Below are positions 25,899-37,724 of a DNA stretch of 64,000 nt, one piece after another (position 1 is the first letter of the stretch; each line of letters opens with the position of its first letter). The position numbers and the translations under genes are program-made. The notes beneath the pieces were generated by a model. The model worked only from the letters and a program-made list of their open reading frames with translations, had not been told where the DNA came from and searched no databases. The stretch spans positions 434,001 through 498,000 of the forward strand of contig OZ237755.1 in the NCBI GenBank assembly GCA_965178125.1, in the 5' to 3' direction. The DNA comes from Bilabrum cf. latius (taxonomy: Eukaryota).

Positions 25899-28519
25899 AT
25901 GGAGCCCAATTCGTCAAGAGGATTAGGGTTTTTTGCTCACAACCTTTCGATGGTTGGATTTCCGAACGTTGAGACGGGGTAAGGATTAAAGGGCGAAAGA
26001 AGCCGCTCTTGCTCGCTTTGGCTTGCTCGAGCACACGCTTGACATTGTATCCCCTTTCTGCGTCACGCAGTTCGTATCGTTCTGTGCAAGAGTTGCTGGA
26101 AAACGCAATGGATGCCGTCGAAGCGAGAAGAATTGAATCCTCGCTTCGACAGCATGAGGCCCGGGTATCGATCAGGCTGCAACAGAGCTCGCCGGGCTTC
26201 GTCGATTTGGAAGTCAAGGACATTGGAGAAGGCATGCCACCAACAGATATACCCAGCTTGTGTGGTCAAATTTTCTGCTCCAGCAAGCGCTTCGGCGCAG
26301 CAGAGCTTGCGAAAGAATGTGCGGACGGCAGGCACGGTGGGACGCATGGCATCGGGCTCAAGATGACAATGCTCAACGCTGCACTAAGGGCCCCCGATAT
26401 GCTTACATCGATAACTACTTCTTCAAGTACATCGTTGTCAGATGCTTTGGCCCGCTAGTCCGGGCAAGCGGCAAGACGATGCGGAACGATCGACCTGATA
26501 TCTACGACTGCTACCATGGAGACGGTTGCATGGACGCGGCTTGGACTTGCATCTGTAGGCAGGGCTGGAGGGCATCAAGAGCAGCAAGCCGGAACATTCC
26601 ACAATCCTGCAGAAGTACTTGCGCGAGCGAATCCGTCCATTCTCGTGCTCAAGCAGGCGCACAAGCCCAAGCCGAAAGGCCTCTCGGCTGGCAGTAGCAT
26701 CAGGGCCACGATTCCCGGCAAGGTAGAGCACATGGCAAGATTCTCTACGACATACTTGCAATGCTGCGCCGCGGCAAACAGCCTTCCAGGTCCGTGTCGA
26801 CTTGTGTTGCCGGTGCAGGCTGTCACTGGTTCGGCTGCGGCCGGCACGGCGAGCCCCGAAGACCACAGCACTTGCTTCTCCAACGGTGAAGTAGACAACG
26901 CGGGCGTATTGGCGGCTGGAACTGGCCGTGCAGCGGCGACAGTTAACCAAATAGAGGTACAAGTAGAGGCAATGTGCGTCTTGCGTCCTAGCTCTGGTGC
27001 AGGGGACGCTTCCAAGTCACCGGCAGGTAGCCGGGGCCGAGCTGGTCCAGTCTCTCTCGCCACAGCCAACGCGATGGCCAAGCAGGGCACATTGCATGTG
27101 CGTCAAATCGCCATCGTACGACTCGTTAATGGTCTGCCTGTCCTGTTAGGACCATGCAAAGACGGTGCTGTGCGTGCGAGCATATTCGGATGTGCCACTG
27201 ACACGGGAGCACCCGTAGCAGCAGGCAAGCACTAGTAGGCTGCAGCCACTGCTGCGGCCGGCTCTAGAGGGGCGACAAACCCTGATTTATCCGATGGCCG
27301 TAGCAGCAATGCTGCCCCGCGTGCAGGCCTCAAGCGACGGAGGAACTCGAACAAAGAGGCCAAGCAGGTCCGCTGGTCCCGATTCGGCCTCCGGGTGCGG
27401 CCTGTCGACGCTGGACCTCACGAGGGGGGCGAGGGGCAGGGCGCAAAGGCAGCAACTGGCACGGAAGAAAACGGAGCAACATCGAAGGATGTTCGCAAAG
27501 GAAGCCTATTCGATCTTGTCGAGAGTGGCTTTAGTGGAGTGCTGCGAGGTACCGTGACGGACGCGTGCGACAGGCATGCAGCCAAGGCGGCTTCAGCCGA
27601 TACGCTGTCTCGGCGGGCAGAGCGTCGAATGACAGTGGCATCAGGGGTGAAAATAGGAGCCGACCCAACTGGTACAGTCTCTGCATCCTCACTAGCAGGA
27701 AGCGCGGATAGTGGGGAGCAAGGTGCTGACCAAGAGTCGGCATCGTCCGCTGCAACAGCGAGGGGCAGCCGCCTCCCAGCCTCAGGGTCAGGGTCAGGGT
27801 CAGGGTCAGGGTCAGGGTCAGGGTCAGGGTCAGGGTCAGGGTCAGGGTCAGGGTCAGGGTCAGGGTCAGGGTCAGGGTCAGGGTCAGGGTCAGGGTCGAG
27901 CATCCGAGGCCGCACAGCGCGTCAGCCGGCAGACATTTTGCTTCTTGTCAAGGTCCTTCCCATGCAAGATAGGAGAGCTGTTGCTGAGGGCAGCTCTTCA
28001 GATGCTGCCAGTGAAGGACATGGCACTCAGCAGTCAGAGGTGGTGCCGAGCACGGCCGCCGCCGACCGCAAGGGGGAGGGGACCAGCCGCGCTGCTGCTA
28101 CGGGCACCAGCCGCAATCCAGCACCGGTCCCCCGTCGGTCAAAGGCGGTGAAGTATGCCAACCTTGCAAAGACCTACATCCCCGCCGACGGTCCGACGCT
28201 CGAGGCCATCACTGCAGCCACGGAGGAGGCCATGGGCGGGCTGAAGGCCAAGCTGCCTGACCTGTTCGTGGCAGAGGCAGAGCTCAGCGACAGGGCCACG
28301 CTGGCTCAGCACCTGCCCACAATTTCGAGAGCATTTGGTAGCATACTGGCGGGAGCTCCGCAGTTCATGCGGCATTCGATTTGCCAGAGGCTTCGCGTGG
28401 AAGAGCCCCAAGCAGCGGCGGATGAGCTGCACTCGCTTCTGCTTGGGCAATGCCTGCGAGCTAGAGCTTCCCTCCGGGATGCGGACAAGCGGAGCCGAAA
28501 GCGCTCAAAGATTGACTGA
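25899..28519 (+). CDS. TOP6B: DNA topoisomerase VI subunit B-like GHKL ATPase, ~842 aa
   Basis: Exon 1 25899-25978 (GFFAHNLSMVGF), intron 25979-26070, exon 2 26071-28519. GHKL boxes QELLENAMDA, VKDIGEGM, FCSSK and GTHGIGLK. Transducer-like IVRLVNGLPVL and VKYANLAKTYI. In-frame TAG at 26456 and tandem TAG TAG at 27233-27238. TGA stop. Confidence 0.75.
27782..27895 (+). repeat. Perfect (TCAGGG)19 hexanucleotide repeat encoding (Ser-Gly)19
   Basis: Read directly from the sequence. In frame inside the TOP6B-like CDS. Confidence 0.97.
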
Positions 28520-28683
28520 AGACTGAGACTGATTCCAGCAAGTTGGTGCCGGCCGAAGGAGCAGCCCGTGTGCTCCACTGCAACATTCCGGATCGAGGAT
28601 TGTTGCGGTCCGGCCTTGCTTGCCAGCAAAAACGATGCTTCTCAATACCGCCAAGCCATTTGTGAATTAACTGATTTCATCGC

Positions 28684-31600
28684 ATGGCGATGATATCTGA
28701 TGAAGAGGCCCATGGGCGCCGTGGAAAGCAACATGATTCAAACCACTCCATGCCGCTGCTGCTGCCTCTGTCGCTGGCAAATTCTCGTTTTGCCGCGGCG
28801 ATAAGGTCCAGACTAGAAGATTCATTTGGAATTAAGCACCTCTCGCGGCTACAGCATGAATCTATTGCAGCTGTGGGCAGGATGCAATCTGTTGTGGTGA
28901 ATGCTCCGACAGGTGCCGGTAAATCGCTCGTATCGGAGCTAGCAGTTGCTCAATGTACCCTATGCAGCAAAAAGCTGGCGATTGTGGTAGTGCCATTTGT
29001 GGCGCTTGTATAGGAGCAAGCGCAAAGGCTGAGGGGGATCCTACCGGATGCCGTGAAGGTGCAGACTGTTTCTGGGGCAGCTGCCCAGCCAAGGATTCGA
29101 GCTGGAGAAGCCATCGTTTGCACCATCGAGAGGGCATCATCAATAATCAGTCTCATCATGGGCAAGAAGAAACTGAAACAGCTCGGGCTTGTGGTCGTGG
29201 ATGAGCTACACATGGTAGGCGACCCTCGAAGGGGTCCAAAGCTCGAGGTCCTCCTCGCAAAGCTGCTCATGGCCCGCCGGGCCAATACTCTAGGAGGAGC
29301 AGGAAGCAGCGACGACACAGTAGACCATGTGGACCGGGTGCAGCTCGCCGCAAGCGCTCTGTTCAAAGCACCTGGCACTGCTGCTATGTCGGATGAGGAA
29401 CCACCTGCCCCTGGGGCGGGGACGGGGGCGGACCAAAAATCCTCCTCGCACCCTGCTGCCACTGAAACAGAACCTTTAGCAGCTTCCCAGCGTCCCGATC
29501 AAGATGCTATTTAGATTGTCGGGCTCTCTGCCACGATGCCCAACCGCGAGACCATCGCCTCATGGCTGGGTGCAATCCTAGTCCCTGCAGCAGGTGCACC
29601 CCCGGTGGCTCGACCGGTGCGCCTGACCGAATACGTCGTGCTCGCGGGAGACGGGTTGTAGCCAATGGTACGCGCAGGAAGTCTACCGAACGCAAGTGGC
29701 GCTAGGCACGGCTAGGCAGCAGCACCAAGGCAGCTTCCCGCCGCAGACACTGGCACTGGTAAAGCAGCCAAGCGCTCCATGCCACGAACAACACCCGCAC
29801 GGAAAGGCAACGGCTGGGGTATGCAAGTGCTTAAGCTAACAGAGGTGGTACAGCTCCAAGCTAGCGGTGGGAGGGCGAGTGGACGCAGGAAAATGCCTCC
29901 CCCCAGAAGGATGATCGCATGTAAGGAGCTCTCGGAGCAGGTGGGTCGCAACCCGACCCTCCCCATGGAGGTGCAGGGCCTCCTCCATGACCTGGATAAA
30001 GATGGATGGATGCGAGTGACGCTGTTTGAGCTGCTTCAGGATAGACGGGTCGTGATTTTCTGCTCCAATCCCAGCCAGACCACCAGCGCGGCTCGCAGCT
30101 TGGGCAGGGTGCTCGCTGCCCTCGAGCGGTAGAGTTATGCATCGCCAGGTGCAGGGGCCGCACAGCCCCAGGGAGCGGTTTTGCCCACTTCAGTACCGAA
30201 ACCATCACTGGCAAGCACTGCAGCCTCGTCATCGTCCGGAAATTCGATGGATACTTCGGCCTACTCGAGCGCGAGCCAGGCCATGCGAGGGCTAGCACGC
30301 AGCGATGCGGCAGCTCGGTTCGGGACCACAATGCAGGACCCAGTCACGGCTGCATAGCTATGGAGTCGATACCGCAAGGCGCACAGACAGGCCGCCGATC
30401 GAGCTTTAGCACAGGTGCTTTGCAGATCGGCGCAGCCGGTACCGCGGGACCGGCAACAGCTGCTAGAGCTGGGCGTGGGCGTGCACAACGGGGAGCTGGG
30501 AGACGATCAGAGAGAGGCGATCGAGACGTGCTTCAAGGAGGGCCAGGTCAGATGCCTGATCGCCACATCCACGGTATCTGCGGGCGTAAATCTTCCCGCC
30601 GACACGGTTGTGGTGCGTTGCCCATCCATGCCCACTGAGGCCGGGATTCGCCCGATCAGCACGGAGAGGTATCTCCAGATGGTCGGCAGGGCAGGGAGAC
30701 AAGGACTCAGCACGGAGGGTCGAAGCTACCTGATCCCGTTTCGGGGAAAGTGCCCCACAGACTTTGCGTCGTGCGTTTTGGCTGCACGAAAATGGTCGCA
30801 GGGGAAGCCTGTTGTCGAGAACGTATCTGCTGTGGCACGAGCGTCGACAGGGTAGTGGCGTGGCGATTGGAGCCAGGTGTGCGGCCTTATAGACAGACTG
30901 TTTGTGCTGCGTGGCATGACCCCGGTCGAAAGCGGGCTGGATGGCCCTCAGTCTGCATCCGCGGGCTCGCGGTCGGGCAGCTCCTCCATGCGTCGCCACT
31001 CGGTTGCATCGCCCAAGGCAGGGCCCGGGTCTCCTGCTGTGGCAGTGGATGAGGTCGAGGTTGGTCTGGCGCTGCACCTCCTCGAACTGATTGCTGCGGG
31101 CGTTGTGGAAACCACAGCTGACTGCAACGCATTCTTGCAGTCAACACTACTGCACGCACAGCGGCCTGCGGATGCGCAGCGCTGCCTGGCCCGGTCATTG
31201 GATTTCCTGCTGTCGTATCAGTTCGCCATTCCAGTGGCTCTGCCAGCCGCAACTACGGAAGGTGTCGCTGTAGCAGCAGCAGGCGGGAGTCATACTGGCG
31301 CTGAATAGTCACCATCAGCGCCGGCGGGTGCTGACAGGAAGTTCGTGATATGTGCCACGCGGCTTGGGCATGCTTGCGCCTCGAGTGGGCTGCCTCCGCT
31401 GGCCACGATTCGGGTTGCGGAAGAGCTTTCCGAGTGCATGCAGGTAGGGATTCCTCCGGCTAGTGATGTTTTCTGCCTGTTCATTCTGCTGGGCCAGTGC
31501 GAGCTGGTGCTGCGCAACGCTGGCAGGGACGCGGTGATCAAGGCCGCCAAGAGGATGTGTCAGAGTGCCCGCCGCAAGGCAGAGAGTGCGCTGGCATCGT

Positions 31601-33414
31601 GGGAACGAGGGAGAGTATCCCTGCAGGTGCCAGCGATTGCTGGCGCCGAGCATCTGGACGCCATTCGTGGAATGGACGGAAGGTTCACAATTGGTGCTCA
31701 ATTCATGGCTTCATTTTTAGTAGACGGGGCATTGCGGCTGCTGCGCGTGCCGAGCGTGGCATCAGCGTAGACTCCGCTCGCTTCAGCTAGGAAAGGAACC
31801 AGCGCCCAGGTGGCGATGGAACCAGATGAGAGTAGCCCAGCTGACAGTGAGAGGCAGGCGGGCCCTGATTAGTCGTCGTCGTCTTCAGCTTCGGACGCTG
31901 AGAATGTGCGCAGTAAAGCAGAGGGTGATGTGATGCGGCACCGCTGGGAGCCCGCCTCGATGGAGAACGCAGCACGGCATGCCAGGGATCGCCCGTTCCA
32001 CGCTACCTCGGTGTTTGCACCTAGGAGCAGCTACCAAGCCAGGCTGTATCAGGTGCGATATTTTTTTGCCGAGCTTGTGCACCAGCTGACGCAAGGTGCG
32101 GACCCATTCGCCCTGTGCGACCGCTGGGGCTTGCCGCGAGGACTGCTGTCGAAGCTATGGCATGACCTGTCCACTAGCTCTCGATAGGTGCTGCAGGTTG
32201 CCAAGGGACTTGGATATGACTTGCTGCATGCCGCATTGAGTCGCATGAATGGCCGGCTAAGTAAAGGCGCGGTTGGGCCCCAGCTAACCTTGCTGCGGTA
32301 GCTCCCATCGCTGCGTCGGCACTTCGCTTCCTAGCTGGCCAAAGCTGGAATTAAGGATGCTGCTGGCGTGCTCGAGCAGCCCGTAGAGAAACTAGCAGAG
32401 ATTCTCCGGCGCGCGCTTCCTTACGCCTCTGCGGCAACGCCTGCTGCTGGCCCACCGGGAGTAGGCCAGTCAGTTTCCGGTGGCTAGTCAGCTGGGTGGA
32501 CTACCTCTGCCACCGCAGCTGCTACTTCGAGTAGTACTGCAGGAAGTTCTAACCGCAAAGCAGGTGGCGATGATGTCTCCCCCCAGACAGCAGGGGGTGA
32601 TGGGGCAGTTGTGTCTCGCGACACCGAGGGCCAGATGTGGGAGCAGCTAGTGCAGCTGGCGTGTATGCTGCAGACAGAAGCCAAGCAGTTTGCCAGCAGG
32701 CGAGCAAAGCTAGGCATAGATATGTCAGTTCACTACCAGGATGAAGACCCCGGGAGACGCCCGATGCCCGGTGGAGACTCCAGGGGCCAGGCACGGCCGG
32801 ATACGGGCAGTGGCAGAGATGTGGGTGCAGCGGTGGCAGACATGAATGCGGCGAGAGCTAGGTGGCTGGCAGCTCGCCAAAAACAGAACCCCACAGCTTC
32901 AAAGCAAGCCGAAGTTGCACAGCCGCTCACGGGTGCGGGTCCTAGCCAGGTTGCTCGCCCCGTCGAAGCACTTGCTCGGGGTTCTAGTTCCCGCGCTCCT
33001 TTGAATGCCTCCAGAATCGCCAAACAGGCTGGATTGGATGTGCTGCTGCATAGACTGACAAGTTTGCCCGTGGAATAGTCACATGGTGCTGCAAGAGTGG
33101 CAGCACCTCAGGGTAGTGCTCAGCACCCCGGGATGCAATCGAGCCAAAGCCACGGCACACCGGCCGGAGCTGTCCAGCCACCCATGGATGAAGATGGTGG
33201 CAGTGAGATTCGTGCATTGGAGGCAGGTAGACCGGCTACGGCGCGCGGCGCCAAGCGGCCCCGAGCATAGAGCCCGAGGGACTAGGGTGCGATGAGCCTG
33301 CAGTTTGGTGCGCCGGGCGCCGAGTCAGATGGCGCGGGGCCACTTGGCGCGGGTACCGAAGAAAGCATGAGCTCCATAGATCCGACTGAGCTGCTAGCTC
33401 TTCTAGATGACTGA
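28684..33414 (+). CDS. HELQ: HELQ / POLQ-helicase-like Ski2-family DExH helicase, ~1576 aa, no polymerase domain
   Basis: One frame, with fragments joined by TAG only. Motifs APTGAGKS, VVPFVALV[TAG]E, IVCTIERA, VVVDELHMVGDPRRG, I[TAG]IVGLSATMPN, RPVRLTEY, GVGVHNGEL, IATSTVSAGVNLPA, YLQMVGRAGRQG, then winged-helix and HhH-like segments. TGA at 33412-33414. Confidence 0.88.
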
Positions 33415-33663
33415 GACGGGGCTGAGTACCGGCTGAGAGCGGCCCCGTCGCAGGCAGCAGGTGCGTGCTGCCACTGGCAGTGCGTGCTCTCTCGCAGGTT
33501 CCGGTTTCAAGTGCAATGCTCAGCACGATGGTTCAGGAGCACCATTTCCCCACTCTGATTCCATATATTCAGAATAGAACTGCATAGAACCATTATTTTT
33601 GCATTCATCATTAGGCTACTAAGTTTAACGCGGTGGCCACTGGCACTGGCAGGTGTACAAGTA

Positions 33664-36147
33664 ATGCTCAACGTAGTTCATTACAACATGTGCCAGATGA
33701 CTGCAATTTCACTCGCATTGTTGTGGGCTTCTACAACTCAATGTAAATTAGTTCCCCGAATCGATGGTCTAGCATCCAGTAGTGTCTTAGCAGAAGTATG
33801 GCCAGGGAGCGTTCTGCAACAAGAGCATCACCCGTACCACCGCGTACAGCCGATAGTACTCTGCCATGATCCTCTATTTGGCGCACTAAAAGGAGATCGA
33901 CTAGCTGGCCCTCCAGATGATATACTGCCCAATTGCAGCTGGAGGCTCGGGGATCCTGATCCAAGTGGCGCGCCAAGCCCTGCGGTCCACTGTGTGCCTT
34001 CCGCTGGCCGTCGTTGGGTGTTTCACGACGTTTTTGCTCGAGACGGACAGCTGTTTGCCATTATGCCGAGCTATCTTCGGGTACCAGCCAGGTTGGATCA
34101 ACTGGCCATCGACGTGCGCATAGCTGGTCGACAAGGCGAACACAGCTTGAAGCACCGCGAATGGCAGGCGCTCCCCGATCCTGAGACTGTCAGAGCATCA
34201 AATAGGAATGAGCGCAGGATCAACGCTGTTCGTGTTTTGAGGTGGACTCTCCCCCGGAAATTTCGCTCGGAGCTCGGGAGCGGGTACCTGCACCTCCGCA
34301 TATAGTACGCATTCGAAACCACGTGGCTGCAGGTGTGGCACCAAGAGTTCTTGCCAAGGCGAAGCTCCACTTGGTCAGGCCCGAGTCCTAGTTCACGTGA
34401 GAATGGCTCACGAGGGCTACAGTCGTATTCGGTTCATGAATTGGACTGTGTGGAGTACCCGGGTTGGAACTGCATATGGCCACGCTTGTCACCATTAGGG
34501 AACGTGCATGGGAACGCGACAGCCACCACTAGCACACAAAGAGAGATGCAGAAGCAACAGCACACTGAACCTGGTCCGAAATCATTGCAAGCAAGCGGCC
34601 ACAAGCCCCATCGAATCATTGGCATGACAATGGTTCTACTTGAAGACAGAGAAAGATACATGTCTGACTGGGTGGAATACCACGGCGCTCGTGGGGTGGA
34701 GGCGGTAGTGGCATACAGAAACGACAACGAGTGGATTCAAGGCGCCTGTCTCGCGCTGTAGGCCGTTTCGTTTTATTGCAGCTCGCTACAGCCCAACACT
34801 GGGGCGGGAAACCAGGCAAGGACTGGCCAAGTCGGCTAGCCGAGCAGCCGAACCCTGTGTGACCGATTGCGGGGAGTCAAGCAGTGTCACCCCATGGCAC
34901 AGCAAATGAACGGATCTCCAACCACGGTGCTGGAGCTGTCATGGCCATTCCGTTCGTTCAATTCGTATGCTCATGACAAAGGCGCGTTCATTGGCGAATC
35001 CCAGCCGCACGCCCAGCAGCATTTCTTGTTCAAGTATGGCAAGCCTCTTTGCGAGTGGACACTTTATCTCGACGTGGATGAGTACCTGAACGTGTAGTCA
35101 TTACTAAGCCTCATTGAATAGGCAGACTAGAGGGCCCGCATGGCTAACAAGCTCTTGCCCGGCTCGATCGAGTTCCACAACAGATTTGCGGTGGCCTCGC
35201 TTGGGAGCGCGGTGTCGACTGAGTTCGAGACTTGCCCCCCAGAAAACCTTCTACTGAACCCGGCTATGCCAATGGCACGCGGTCTTGGCACACCTTGGGA
35301 TGCGCAAGTGCGATTAGGATTTCAAAATGCGGATCTGCGGATCGAATGGGTGTCAGCGACGGCACCACCTGCATCCCCCATGCACGCCGACCTGCGCACT
35401 AGGATCCTCGATGGAGCACGCACTCGAGGAAAAGCGAGGACATAGGACGCTTCTATGTAGCAGCATACGATCCTACATGAGCCTTTTGTGGCAAGCGCCA
35501 CGCTATCAGCAGCAAGCAACGATGGGGTGCAGATGGATCCGTCGATCGCCGCACCCAATGCCGGCAGATCTGATCGACGACTAGTTGCGGAGGGCTACAA
35601 GAGATCAAAGTACCTCGCCAGAACTGACCTGATGGTGTGGGCTGGCATGCATCACGCAGACTTTTGGGACGGTTCTAGTCCTGCCATGGAACAGTGGAGG
35701 GGCGGACACTTCGGTGCTGGCATATGCACCGCGAGCAGCGGGCTGCGCACGGAGCCTGGTGACGCAGTTGAGTGCCAAGGCGTGGGTGATAGCCTCAACG
35801 CTGCCAAGTTCACCCCAGCTGTGAATGCTATGGAACTGCAGGAAGAGGCTGTCATGCTGCATTTTCTGGAGCAGAGCACCCTGGCGAAATTCGCGCAGCA
35901 CGCCCTGAGCGCTCGCATGCCAATCTCCGAGCGCGCAAGCATCCATACCGGTACCCAGCCGATCAGCGAGCTGGATGGAATGGGCGCACTGCCTAGTCGT
36001 AATGTTTCTGGTTGTGAGAGGAGGGTCCGGCAGGCCCTGTTCCTTCGTGGGATGGACCCTGGATGGGGCTGGTCCGAGTCTAGCCCGCTGCAGATGCAGA
36101 CCATGCTCTGGCCTCCGACGCGGCCTGTCGCCGCGCTCGCGCCATGA
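33664..36147 (+). CDS. Glycosyltransferase family 92 / DUF23-like protein, ~827 aa
   Basis: Five same-frame fragments joined by TAG. Hydrophobic N-terminus, YMSDWVEYHGARGVEAVVAYRND, and a DxD motif in WTLYLDVDEYL. TGA stop. Confidence 0.7.
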
Positions 36148-36953
36148 CACGAATGGGTGGTAATGTGTGAATATAGGGACGAATCTAATGCGTACGTTTC
36201 GGTCGCTCATCGGAATCCTCGCTGGCCAACAGCTGCTCGAGTTTCCGCGAAATGCGCTCAATGGCAATGCGTCTAGTAGCCCGACCCTCTGCGCATGAGA
36301 GCGGCCGTGAAACGCAGTGAACCTGCATGGGCACATTGCGTGCTGCAGCGTAGTAAAGAAAGTAACGGACTCTGTGCTGGAGCCTCGATCGATTTAGCTT
36401 CCCGGGCCAAGTCATGACGGGGCGGTGCAGCGGAACATCATTACGGTGCGGGTATGTATTATGCGAGCCGCGCGGCGGGGCCGGCCACACCCAGCAGGAT
36501 ATACAGCCAAACGAAAATAGCAATTGCGGTCCGTAGCTTAAATGCTTTCATCCTGGCTAGCAATATCCATGGCTCCACCGAGCGGCCTGCTCTGCTCAGG
36601 GACGCATATGAGAGGAGGAGAACCCTTGAGCGGGCTCAAATCTTGATGTGCCGTCCGTGAAAAGAAAATGTTGGCAGCATGGCGCCATAGATCTTCTTGA
36701 AGTTGAAGAATGTAAGGTATGCAATTCAAACACATGAACACCACTGCTCAAGCCGAAGCCGTGGTGCTAGCGAGCCGCACGTGGTTCTGCCGCTATCCAA
36801 CCATGAGCAACCAAGGTGAGGGAGATCGAAAAAGTGATACAGATGCCTGCATTAGAAAATGCAATGCACCTCTAAACCTCTACGATATTACCCACACAGC
36901 TGGGCCTAGGTGGGAAGCGATCCAGACCAGCACGTGCTGCACTGCGATAGTGT

Positions 36954-37528
36954 TCACAACGGGAACTGTGCGTCGACACAGAACACGTTTGAGTTCTGGG
37001 AGCTTTCAGTCCCGATCATCGATACATTGTAGTTCCCACTGGGCACTGCAGACGGCAGGTTCAGCGCCAAGTGGATGTGCTCCGAGGCACTTGCAGTTGT
37101 TGGGCAACCAAGCCCCTCCACAGTGATGCTGCCGAACCCAAGCGGTAGCGTAATCTTTGAGGTGCCGCAAATGTTGCAAGAGTCAGAGTACAAGTTGACC
37201 CCATCAAGGGATACAGCAAGCTGGATCTTGCCTGCAGACACGACCTCGGTCATCGTACCGTTCGCATATAGGTTTGCTGGTTGGCCCTTGGCAGGAGCAG
37301 TTGGGGACAGGTTGAGACCTGTCAGCTTCATCCCACCACTACCACAATCGATAATAGTGGCTGCAGCTGGCGACTCCCCTCGGAGGTTGGCTGCCACTGC
37401 GTAGACTAGAGGAATGCTTGAAAGAATTGCAATTCTTTCCGGGCAACTCAGAGAGGAACACAGGGTCTTGGGCCAAACTTACTCGTAGAAGCCGCAAGCA
37501 GTAGCATAGATGCAGCAATGGCAATCAT
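36954..37528 (-). CDS. ML (MD-2-related lipid-recognition / NPC2-like) domain protein, ~162 aa
   Basis: Signal-peptide exon 37528-37483 (MIAIAASMLLLAAST), intron 37482-37397 (GTAAG...CGCAG), exon 37396-36954. Cys pattern DCG, NIC, GCP, FCV and LPSAVPSGNY fit ML domains. No internal TAG. TGA stop. Confidence 0.85.
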
Positions 37529-37724
37529 CTTTCGACTTGCTTATCCTTTGTAGCCAGTATGAATGGCTCTTCATTGTCGAATCGTCGATCAAGTGATTCA
37601 TTTGTACCGTGTAGTTAATTTTTTTCTAGAAAAAATCCGTTTCGTTAAATTGAGGAGTCAAGCAACAAGGAAACAGTTTGTTTTGTAATGGCACTGATAT
37701 ATCATGTGTAATTGAGGTGCATCG

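Noticed and set aside
27782-27895. Telomere or chromosome end
   Set aside because: The array is internal, only 114 bp, and in frame within a CDS that continues on both sides.
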